A stretch of DNA of 63,957 bases, counting the filler. It is 8 parts of 8 records of this genome, joined end to end, with 100 filler letters (N's around TTAATTAATTAA, not from the genome) between each part and the next. Parts side by side here need not be neighbours in the genome. Positions count along the whole stretch, not along the records: positions 19,848 to 32,970 come from SRR31156797_47806; 7 more parts are not named here. One strand, written 5' to 3'. Both the position numbers and the translations under genes were made by a program. Shown in pieces: positions 19,988-27,635 of the stretch. The notes below the pieces were generated by a model that saw nothing but the letters and a program-made list of their open reading frames with translations, did no database searches and was not told where the DNA came from. How positions within the stretch are numbered: the first letter of the stretch is position 1; every line of letters begins with the position of its first letter.

Positions 19988-20623
19988 GTGGATAAAGAAA
20001 TCAAACCTTCAATAAAAGTATCAAAGAATGGTCCCTACATTGCGAAAAATGTAGAAACGCTCAGGAATTCAAAGGGTGTTTTCATTGAGACAAAACCTGT
20101 CATGACACTTTGTAGATGTGGAGGCTCTGCGAAGATGCCATTTTGTGACGGAACACATGCAAAGAAAGGTTTTTCCGGGGCAAATGAAAAAGACCGTGTT
20201 CCCTCTGGAGTTGAGACTTACGTAGGGAAAGATATTAGCATCCACCGCAACAAGGATGCGTGTTGCCATGTAGGCCACTGTGTTCGTAATCTGCCTGATG
20301 TTTTCAAAAAGGGTAAAGACCCTTGGGCAGACCCGGATGCTGTAGATAAGGAAGAGATAGCAAAGCTCATCAGGACCTGTCCTTCCGGCGCATTGAGTTA
20401 TACTATCAACGGAGAATTGCATAAGGATTATTCACGTGAGCCTGAGATCTTCATTCTGAAGGATGGACCTTACAATGTCACAGGGATAGAGCTTGATAAT
20501 CCCGATGACTCAGTACCCGAGACCCAGGATCATTATTCTCTTTGCAGATGTGGAGCCTCTCAAAACAAACCATTCTGTGACGGCACTCACCGTGATGTTA
20601 AGTTCAAGGATGAGAAGAATTGA
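19988..20623 (+). CDS. CDGSH Fe-S protein (two CDGSH domains flanking a divergent ferredoxin domain)
   Basis: LCRCGGS..MPFCDGTH and LCRCGAS.NKPFCDGTH; central CCHVGHC...CPSGAL. Confidence 0.9.
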   Translation: MDKEIKPSIKVSKNGPYIAKNVETLRNSKGVFIETKPVMTLCRCGGSAKMPFCDGTHAKKGFSGANEKDRVPSGVETYVGKDISIHRNKDACCHVGHCVRNLPDVFKKGKDPWADPDAVDKEEIAKLIRTCPSGALSYTINGELHKDYSREPEIFILKDGPYNVTGIELDNPDDSVPETQDHYSLCRCGASQNKPFCDGTHRDVKFKDEKN

Positions 20624-20756
20624 ATCCACTTGATTATTTGATACGGTCTTCAGAAAGAGATTTATAAAGCAATAAACCGCTCTGATTGATCGTCCTCAAA
20701 TAATTTACAGTTATGGGACCGCCAGTTGCTTATATTATAAAGTACATATATACACT

Positions 20757-20995
20757 TGGTTACAAGGGAGTAAGCTGTAAAATGGGGCAACGTCTCGGAC
20801 GGGGACTACATTGGAACCGTGCCACAACGAACTTCATTTACGCGTCATTTGAATGAAGCAAATTTTAATTCAGAACGGGATAAAGCTCGTTCATACAGTC
20901 GCAGTCGCTTCATCAACGTATAGCCGAAATGAAGTGAAATTCAGGACGGGATAAAACCCGATCCCGTAATAACCTTCAACACCTTGTGACCACCA
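20757..20995 (+). ncRNA. Candidate structured archaeal ncRNA (~240 nt)
   Basis: 11-bp terminal helix, upstream TATA-like box, internally duplicated two-hairpin module (see findings). Confidence 0.65.
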
Positions 20996-21130
20996 TATTG
21001 CTTTTCTGACTAGATTTTTGATATCTCATCATTCAGCCTTGCCGTTCATTGTTTCTTCGCACAGTATCTGTTGTACTGAATGGAAAAGGATGGAATTTGA
21101 TGAATCAGATAGCTTAAAACAGTAAAATTT

Positions 21131-21394
21131 TCAGTACTTCCGGTATATCATTTTTCGATGACCGACCTCAATAATGAAGATGACCAATTTTTCCCCTTCA
21201 ATGCTCATGATCACACAATAATCTCCCACTCTTAGTGAATACAGGGGAGTGTCGGGAAATCTTTTGAGTTTTTTAACGTGGTCTTTCGGATCTTCACTGA
21301 TCTCCTTGATGGAAGTGACTATCTTTGCTGCAATATCCGGGGGCAGTTTCTTGAGATCTTTTAATGCAGCAGGTGAATAGAGAATAGAATACAT
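21131..21394 (-). CDS. relE: RelE/ParE-family toxin
   Basis: 87 aa, ALKDLKKL...YSLRVGDY.VI...VGHRKMIY; coupled to upstream antitoxin. Confidence 0.88.
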   Translation of the reverse strand: MYSILYSPAALKDLKKLPPDIAAKIVTSIKEISEDPKDHVKKLKRFPDTPLYSLRVGDYCVIMSIEGEKLVIFIIEVGHRKMIYRKY

Positions 21395-21630
21395 TACCTG
21401 AGCCCCAGTTCTTTCTCAACCTCTTCCTGTGTATGATATCTTCCACGTTTGAGGTCTTCCAGTGAATCCTCAATCCTTTTGATCGTATCATCACTCAGGG
21501 GTTTCTGGTCGTATGCCATTTCAACCAGCCGAGAGACCACATCATTATAGGTTTCTCTGGGGAAGATCTTCAACTTATCAAGGCTAACCTTTAGTTGAGG
21601 GTCGATCTTTATAGTTGTGGCTACTGGCAT
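21394..21630 (-). CDS. Archaeal antitoxin (RHH-like)
   Basis: TTIKI...LDKLK...ETYNDVVSRL and ..SLEDLKRGRYHTQEEVEKELG; stop overlaps toxin start. Confidence 0.8.
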   Translation of the reverse strand: MPVATTIKIDPQLKVSLDKLKIFPRETYNDVVSRLVEMAYDQKPLSDDTIKRIEDSLEDLKRGRYHTQEEVEKELGLR

Positions 21631-21790
21631 ATACTTAAGTATAGTATAGTATACTATTTATTGGTGATGCTGACCGGCTTGTTTATGTCGGGAGTTAGTA
21701 AATGATTTGGATGAGCAGATTCTTGATGCAAAATGATCTGTATTCGGATGTGACCTGCTTTTTACGACAAGTCACTCCATATATACGCTA

Positions 21791-22567
21791 TTAGAGTTTG
21801 TTCTTCTGAAAGATATAGAACGCATAACCATATTCATCCGGGCGTTCTCTGAAGAGTTTTATCTCTCTCTTGTTAAACTCGAGTATCATTTCTGCCTCAG
21901 CGTTTCCTTTATAGCTATCACCGATCTCATCGACTCTTTTTTCCAGATTGTCATAAAAATCATACCAGGTAGAAGCTGGCAGTTTAAAGTGATCAATGAT
22001 ATCATATCCTGTTGCCTTGATAAGCTTTTCAGTGTCGGGTATGTTCATTATACCAGGATATATTTCCTGCCAGAATTCAATAACTTCCGGAGAAGGTTCG
22101 TCTGTGAACCATGTGTTCTCTGTCACTGCCATGTATCCTCCATGTTTTAGGAACTGTTTCCAGTAGCTAATTCCTTTTTCAAGGCCGATGATAAAGATGG
22201 AGCCTTCTGCCCAGATGACATCGAACTCTCCTGCTTCGAAAGGCAGTTCATCCATGGAAGCACAAACTGTGCTAATTCTGTCATCAAGTCCTTCTTTAGC
22301 TGCATTTTCCATTAGTTTATCCAGAAAAGGCTGGTAAATGTCAGTTGCAGTGACATGACAGTTCTTGCAGATCCTGGCAAGGTGTAGTGTCTGCATGCCT
22401 ACACCACATCCAATATCAAGGACCTTAGTACCTGCAGGAAGGGAAGAAAGCATATTAAAGGCTTTTTCAGTACATTCGTTACTACCCGGACCCTGTCTGG
22501 GTAACCCATCAAATATCTCAAAAATTGGTGATTCCATAGATTCCATATTTGTACCTACACTCATCAT
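21791..22567 (-). CDS. Class I SAM-dependent methyltransferase
   Basis: LPRQGPGS, VLDIGCGVG, FDVIWAEGS. Confidence 0.88.
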   Translation of the reverse strand: MMSVGTNMESMESPIFEIFDGLPRQGPGSNECTEKAFNMLSSLPAGTKVLDIGCGVGMQTLHLARICKNCHVTATDIYQPFLDKLMENAAKEGLDDRISTVCASMDELPFEAGEFDVIWAEGSIFIIGLEKGISYWKQFLKHGGYMAVTENTWFTDEPSPEVIEFWQEIYPGIMNIPDTEKLIKATGYDIIDHFKLPASTWYDFYDNLEKRVDEIGDSYKGNAEAEMILEFNKREIKLFRERPDEYGYAFYIFQKNKL

Positions 22568-22704
22568 TTATTTGCTTGATATAGATATGTAATAAAGTCA
22601 ATATGACTTTTTGCAATTACAATTTTATATGTTCAAGCGGTGATTCTAAATATCACGCAGAATAGATAACGGTTTTACTTTACAATAAACTCAGAAGTAG
22701 TGAA

Positions 22705-23541
22705 ATGATGGATGAAAAGTTACTTGCAAATATCGGTTTAAACAAATATGAGAGCTCTGTTTACTGGACGCTTTTGAAAAAAGGAGAACTGGAAGCAAGT
22801 AAATTATCACAGTTATCACGAGTTCCCATTGGAAGGATCTATGAGATCTTGAGCGATCTGAGTAAGTATGGCCTTGTGGAGATAAAACCTTCAAAGCCAC
22901 GAAAATACAGGACTGTTGATCCGAAAATTGCTTTTGAACTCATGTACAAAAGAAAAGAAGAAGAAGCACTCAATGAGCTCAAACTACTCAGGGAAGCATT
23001 TGCTGAAATTGAACGGCAACTTTCCAATGAGGATTCACCAAAGGATGTTGAAACAATATTCTGGCCCGAAGAGTTCCATGATAATGAACTAAAAGCGATG
23101 GTGAATTCATTTTTTGAGGATATTGAGAATGAAATATGTGTTGTTACTCCCCTTAAGTATAAGTCAGGAGTGTCAGAACAATATGATGATTCAATGTCAG
23201 TATTCAGCAAGGCTTACTTAGATCTGGCACAACGTGGCATTCATGTTAAGATTCTGGATTCCCACTCTCAACTGTTGCCGTCAATAAAAGAACTTATTAA
23301 TTCAATTGAAGATGAATCGGTGAAAGATCGTTCTAAGGAGTTCCTGGAAATAAGGATTTTGGAAACGGATCATGATTTCGTGATATTTGATTCAAAGACT
23401 CTCTTCCTTGATATTGAAGATCAAATCAATACGGGTACCAGTCTCGGTATGACACAAATTCATGATGAGTCATATACAAAGCGTTTCAAGGCTAAATTCG
23501 ACGACCTCTGGACTAAGGGGAAGCGGTTTGATTTTGTATAG
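22705..23541 (+). CDS. TrmB-family transcriptional regulator
   Basis: IGLNKYESSVYWTLL...SRVPIGRIYEILSDL..YGLV wHTH; C-terminal effector domain ending FDDLW; TAG stop. Confidence 0.88.
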   Translation: MMDEKLLANIGLNKYESSVYWTLLKKGELEASKLSQLSRVPIGRIYEILSDLSKYGLVEIKPSKPRKYRTVDPKIAFELMYKRKEEEALNELKLLREAFAEIERQLSNEDSPKDVETIFWPEEFHDNELKAMVNSFFEDIENEICVVTPLKYKSGVSEQYDDSMSVFSKAYLDLAQRGIHVKILDSHSQLLPSIKELINSIEDESVKDRSKEFLEIRILETDHDFVIFDSKTLFLDIEDQINTGTSLGMTQIHDESYTKRFKAKFDDLWTKGKRFDFV

Positions 23542-23553
23542 AATGGTCCAGGT

Positions 23554-24036
23554 TACAATCTGCAAGAGCCTTTCAGATTCCTTGTTGATCTGTCGGTTAT
23601 CAACTTGATTGAATCTGGTAAAATAGATAATAAGAACTTTATCAGGACTGAGAGTTATTCACTCAGGCTCAAGCCATCAGGAGCTAAGAAGGTCACTGAA
23701 GAGTTCAATAACTGGATGAATAAGAAGGTAGCTTACAAGAAGCAGTCTGTTATGTGGAGCTATGCCTTGTTGTTAAAAACTAGGGAGCTTGTTCAGTATC
23801 TTGTTGAGAAGAGAAAGACAATTGATTTCAGTAAGCCTGTTTATAGTGTTGAAAGACAAGATTCAGATAATATTAGGCAGAAGATATTGAGCATATCTTA
23901 TTCCGACTGGAAAAAGATGGGATTTTCAAAAGGAACTCTGCACTACATGAAGAAGAATGCAATGGGTGATAAACCTTTTACTATGAATGCTCATGTTAGG
24001 GAAAGGCTGGAGATGTGGGATGGAATGTCAGGGTAA
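23554..24036 (+). pseudogene. cas1: 5'-truncated casposase (Cas1-solo with C-terminal HTH)
   Basis: Frame extends upstream of 23605 as YNLQEPFRFLVDLSVINLIE (Cas1 DLxEPFR motif), then FIRTESYSLRLKPSGAKK and WKKMGFSKGTLHYMK HTH; no CRISPR array or other cas genes. Confidence 0.85.
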
Positions 24037-24186
24037 AATTGATCTTCCGATTAGTCAAACAAATAGGAAATATTTTTCCACACCTACTATAGATAACACA
24101 AAATCCGAGATAGTTTAAAAGGAAAAGTCCCATTATTCAGTATGTCGTTGGAGGTTAGAAAAGTGTTACTTCCCATTATTGGCAGA

Positions 24187-24387
24187 CTATGGATGTTCAT
24201 CAAATTTCGATTCTACAGATTTTAGAAATGGAATCAACAAAGCTTTAATTGCCATAACTGAATGCGACGAAGCTTTGTATGTTTTATCGCATTTCATACA
24301 CCATAGTTTTTTATCAGGCGTTGGGATCATTAATTTATTACAGCTAGGACACCTTATATTGATTGAAACTTCTTTTATAATACTCAC
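24187..24387 (-). CDS. Small Zn-ribbon protein (possible casposon cargo)
   Basis: CPSC-x12-CMKC; GTG start; downstream of the MTase on the same strand. Confidence 0.55.
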   Translation of the reverse strand: MSIIKEVSINIRCPSCNKLMIPTPDKKLWCMKCDKTYKASSHSVMAIKALLIPFLKSVESKFDEHP

Positions 24388-24435
24388 TTCCTTTGTTTAG
24401 TGTTATATTCGCACTATTTTCCTTTTCTTGGCAGT

Positions 24436-25263
24436 TTAGGTAATTTCAATCCTGGCTATTTGATCCAGGATCGGATATACCTGTTGAGGCACTACTGCAT
24501 TTCCAAGGGCTTTGATTCTGTCCACCCTATCGGGAATCCCATTAGCCACTCTACAAATTCCGGATTCAGACTGCCATCGTTTAGATCCTGGTATTCCGGA
24601 CGTTTTGAACTGTGGTATCTTGCTTGCTCCATATCTCCGGTTGTCATCATCGAGCTTGTTGGTGTTGGGAACATCCGGACAGCCTGACTCAGGTTCACCG
24701 AATGCATACTCCCGGGCTTTTGCTGTGAGCTCTTGAGCTTGTCCGTGTAACAATCGGCAGTCGTTGGAGTAGGCTACGATGAACACCCTGTTTCTACGGT
24801 GCGGAGCTCCAACTCTGGCAGCTTCCCAACAACACCATGCAACATTATACCGCATCTCGGCCAGGTCTCGGAGAACTCCTGCAAAGAACTGTCCAGAGTT
24901 GCTTGACAAAACCCCCGGCACATTTTCACCCAGGAACCACTTGGGTCTAACTTCGCTAATGACTCTCCGGAGCTCTGGCCAGAGGTTACGCTCATCAGCA
25001 GATCCTTTACGTTTCCCTGCAAAGCTGTGGGGCTGGCAGGGGAAACCTCCGGACAAGACGGTAACATTCCCACAAAGTGATTTAATTTCAGTTCCGCTGA
25101 CATCTTTTATATCCCTCCATTTTGGTACGTCAGGCCAGTGCTTACAAAGAATTCGGAAAGGATAATCTTCTTTTTCAACCTGTCCGACTGTTTGAAATCC
25201 GGCCCATTCCGCAGCAAGGTCAATACCTCCTATCCCAGAGAAGCAGGAGAAGTGAGTTAGCAT
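24436..25263 (-). CDS. C5-cytosine DNA methyltransferase, alpha-type polypeptide lacking motif IX
   Basis: Motif I FSGIGG, IV GGFPCQPHS, VI ENVPG, VIII HRRNRVFIVA, X KALGNAVVP; start placed at ATG 25263. Confidence 0.9.
   Translation of the reverse strand: MLTHFSCFSGIGGIDLAAEWAGFQTVGQVEKEDYPFRILCKHWPDVPKWRDIKDVSGTEIKSLCGNVTVLSGGFPCQPHSFAGKRKGSADERNLWPELRRVISEVRPKWFLGENVPGVLSSNSGQFFAGVLRDLAEMRYNVAWCCWEAARVGAPHRRNRVFIVAYSNDCRLLHGQAQELTAKAREYAFGEPESGCPDVPNTNKLDDDNRRYGASKIPQFKTSGIPGSKRWQSESGICRVANGIPDRVDRIKALGNAVVPQQVYPILDQIARIEIT
24492..25103 (-). CDS. Overprinted alternative-frame MTase beta polypeptide (motif IX), interrupted by one TAG at 24774-24776
   Basis: ORFs 24774..25103 and 24492..24707 are in the same frame and joined by *PTPTTADCYTDKLKSSQQKPGS; C-terminus LNPEFVEWLMGFPIGWT. 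Confidence 0.7.
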
Positions 25264-25389
25264 ATCAAAACTTCCTTTATTATGGGATTTTGGAACCTTT
25301 GATGTAATAGGCAATAAAAAATCTAAGTTTTTTTTGGCAGTATATTTTTTGTAGAAATTATCTTTTGGTTGTGCATTAAGGTTACAAAA

Positions 25390-25420
25390 GCGTTGCCAAA
25401 ATTACAGTTGTATATATCCC
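25390..25420 (-). repeat. Putative casposon terminal inverted repeat (unpaired)
   Basis: Reverse complement GGGATATATACAACTGTAATTTTGGCAACGC resembles my recollection of Methanosarcina/Aciduliprofundum casposon ends (GGGATATA...AACT...GCAACG); needs alignment. Confidence 0.6.
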
Positions 25421-25467
25421 AACACACCAATACGATTGCTATAATTCGAACTTTCCTTAATCCCAAA

Positions 25468-25854
25468 TCAAACTCCATCAACTTTCCACGACACCAACCC
25501 CATAAGATCCTCCAGATCATCACACGAATTCATCTCATCTGCAGCGATAAAAAACTCAAGTTTTCCGAGAGTTTCAATATGGGCGCATGGCAATTCGTCT
25601 TTGATCTCACCGTACTTTTTCTGGAATTCATCCCTGTGCAGGAAATCGTACTGGTATTTCAGTCCTGCAATGAACTCCCTCCAGCTTTTCTTCATGCCAG
25701 TGTTTCCATATGTGATTGCGCAAAGGCGGCAATTATAGGTGGATGGCGAGACTATCTTATGGATGTAATCCGCAGCCATGTTCAATATGCCGCTGTTAGC
25801 ATTATAGACGAAAACTATTTTTTTAGAAATGAAATCTTCCCAGGTGTCTACCAT
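25468..25854 (-). CDS. Conserved hypothetical protein
   Basis: FVYNANSG...HKIVSPSTYNCRLCAITYG..GMKKSW...FLHRDEF, a motif pattern I recognise from an uncharacterised family. Confidence 0.65.
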   Translation of the reverse strand: MVDTWEDFISKKIVFVYNANSGILNMAADYIHKIVSPSTYNCRLCAITYGNTGMKKSWREFIAGLKYQYDFLHRDEFQKKYGEIKDELPCAHIETLGKLEFFIAADEMNSCDDLEDLMGLVSWKVDGV

Positions 25855-25904
25855 TTTTTCCTCTCCTTCTAACGATGAATATGAAAAATACAGAGTACAG
25901 ATGC

Positions 25905-26723
25905 TTATTGTCTGTACCTGCAAGTGCTGTCACATTCCTTATTGTACTGGGTATGATCACACATGACATTGAAGTCTGCCTTCTCATACCATCTAAGGGC
26001 GAACATATCCGACAGGTACTTCATTCCATCTTCAAGGGCAAGACGGGTTGCCTTCTTACAACAACGGGCTCCTCCGGCAGAAGCTATGGAATTGAGCACT
26101 CTTGAAGTTGCCCTGTTGGCATGTGACCTTTCCTCAGGTTTTAGGGGAGTGGCTTCCAGCACCACGCACATGGCTATGCCGATTCCCACACCTGCACCGC
26201 ATGCTCCGTAAAGTCCGCAGTAGCCACCGGGAACCTTGTTTCCGCGTTTGATGGCCTCCAGTATCGGTCTTTTATCCGTGCTACCGATGTAGTTCTGGTA
26301 AGCTGCCACAAGGACGGCAGGAACAAGGACATGGTGCTCCGGTCCGTGCATATGCATACAGGGATGTTCCATGATCGTTTCAGCAATTAACAGCGGGTCT
26401 GCAAGATATGTGGTCCTGCAAACATTCTCTATCACAAATAATGCATCTCTGGAATGGCATCCGGTGCAAACATAATGTCCATCCTCGCACACGAAATATG
26501 TGTCCTCCTCAACCCCGCAGAAGTGACAGGTGGCACTCACCGGTTCGCTCAGGTATTTGACACCACTGGCACAGACAAGACAATCGGTCCTGCAATCACC
26601 ATTACTATTGCAACTATTGCCACTGCTACTATTAGCTGCACCTGAAATCGGTATCGTTGGAATATGAGTATCTTTCACCCCGCAGATATCGCTCCTTGCA
26701 TTCTCCTTATATCCAATATCCAT
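25905..26723 (-). CDS. Cys-rich DUF5714-like protein
   Basis: Multiple CxxC pairs, MHGPEHH, VPGGYCGLYGACGA, RCCK; GAGGTG RBS before ATG 26723. Confidence 0.75.
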   Translation of the reverse strand: MDIGYKENARSDICGVKDTHIPTIPISGAANSSSGNSCNSNGDCRTDCLVCASGVKYLSEPVSATCHFCGVEEDTYFVCEDGHYVCTGCHSRDALFVIENVCRTTYLADPLLIAETIMEHPCMHMHGPEHHVLVPAVLVAAYQNYIGSTDKRPILEAIKRGNKVPGGYCGLYGACGAGVGIGIAMCVVLEATPLKPEERSHANRATSRVLNSIASAGGARCCKKATRLALEDGMKYLSDMFALRWYEKADFNVMCDHTQYNKECDSTCRYRQ

Positions 26724-26745
26724 TCTTAGCACCTCAAATAAATCA

Positions 26746-27633
26746 TTAATCAGCTCCCTTTTCAGGTGAGCAGATGAACATATCTTTTGAAAAACCCCGG
26801 TCGGCATCCCTCAGTTCTGAACGTGACAAACGCATCAGCCAGCTTACAGGCAAATGGCAGGTGATGCGATACAGCAGGCCAAGACCTCTGCCGGGTATCA
26901 CCACGTCCCTCTTGCCTTCAAGTGCATGGTAAGTATCCCTTGCAACAACGCTGGCATTCACCGACATCCACGAACGGAACGCCTTTGTGTGTTCCATTCC
27001 TGCCGCCACCTTGAATCTCGTATCCTTTACAGCAGTGGGACAGACAGCCAGTACCCTAACGTTAAGCCCCTTTTCCTTCAATTCGTAATTCAATGCCCTG
27101 CTAAAGTTCAGCACAAAACTCTTGCTGGCACCATAAGTGGCAAAATAAGGATTCGGCTGGAAAGCCGATATCGAGGCCACATTGATGATGTGTCCTTCAT
27201 TTCTCTCTACCATCTCCTTCAGATAGGACCGAGTGATCTGGTAGAGTGAGATAACGTGAAGCTGCAACATGTCCAGTTCCCTTTCCTCGTCTATCTCATG
27301 GACAAAACCATAGGTCCCGAAACCCGCACAGTTAACCAGCACATCGATATGTAAGGAGTGCTCACGGGTAAATTCACAAAGTTTAGTGGCAGCTTCCGTT
27401 TCCGTAAGATCCTGTTCCAGCAGGAAAATGCGCATATTCAGGTTGATAGCCTGCAAAGTATCCCTGACCTGCTTCAACTCTTCTTTATTCCTGTCGACCA
27501 GCACAAGGTCATAACCATTCCGGGCAAAGAGCTTCGCGAGCTCCTGGCCGATTCCTCCTGCACCTCCGGTAATAAGAACTGTCTTTCTGCCCTTTTCAGT
27601 AACATGGTCTTTTTTACTGTCTGCTTGCCCCAT
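26746..27633 (-). CDS. Short-chain dehydrogenase/reductase
   Basis: TGGAGGIG, LVNCAGFG, YGASK (YxxxK). Confidence 0.9.
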   Translation of the reverse strand: MGQADSKKDHVTEKGRKTVLITGGAGGIGQELAKLFARNGYDLVLVDRNKEELKQVRDTLQAINLNMRIFLLEQDLTETEAATKLCEFTREHSLHIDVLVNCAGFGTYGFVHEIDEERELDMLQLHVISLYQITRSYLKEMVERNEGHIINVASISAFQPNPYFATYGASKSFVLNFSRALNYELKEKGLNVRVLAVCPTAVKDTRFKVAAGMEHTKAFRSWMSVNASVVARDTYHALEGKRDVVIPGRGLGLLYRITCHLPVSWLMRLSRSELRDADRGFSKDMFICSPEKGAD

Positions 27634-27635
27634 GG

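Larger units (their letters stand above)
23551..25420. mobile_element. Casposon remnant (right part: cas1 3' fragment, cargo genes, one TIR)
   Basis: Casposase-type Cas1 C-terminus, MTase cargo and a GGGATATA-starting terminal repeat at 25390-25420; no polB or left TIR in the contig. Confidence 0.7.

Noticed and set aside
20757-20995. tRNA or tmRNA call for the CCA-ended RNA
   Set aside because: No paired T-arm before the 3' strand, no G3-U70 pair and no cloverleaf.
23554-24036. CRISPR-Cas system
   Set aside because: Only a casposase-type Cas1 fragment; I saw no repeat-spacer array or other cas gene in the window.
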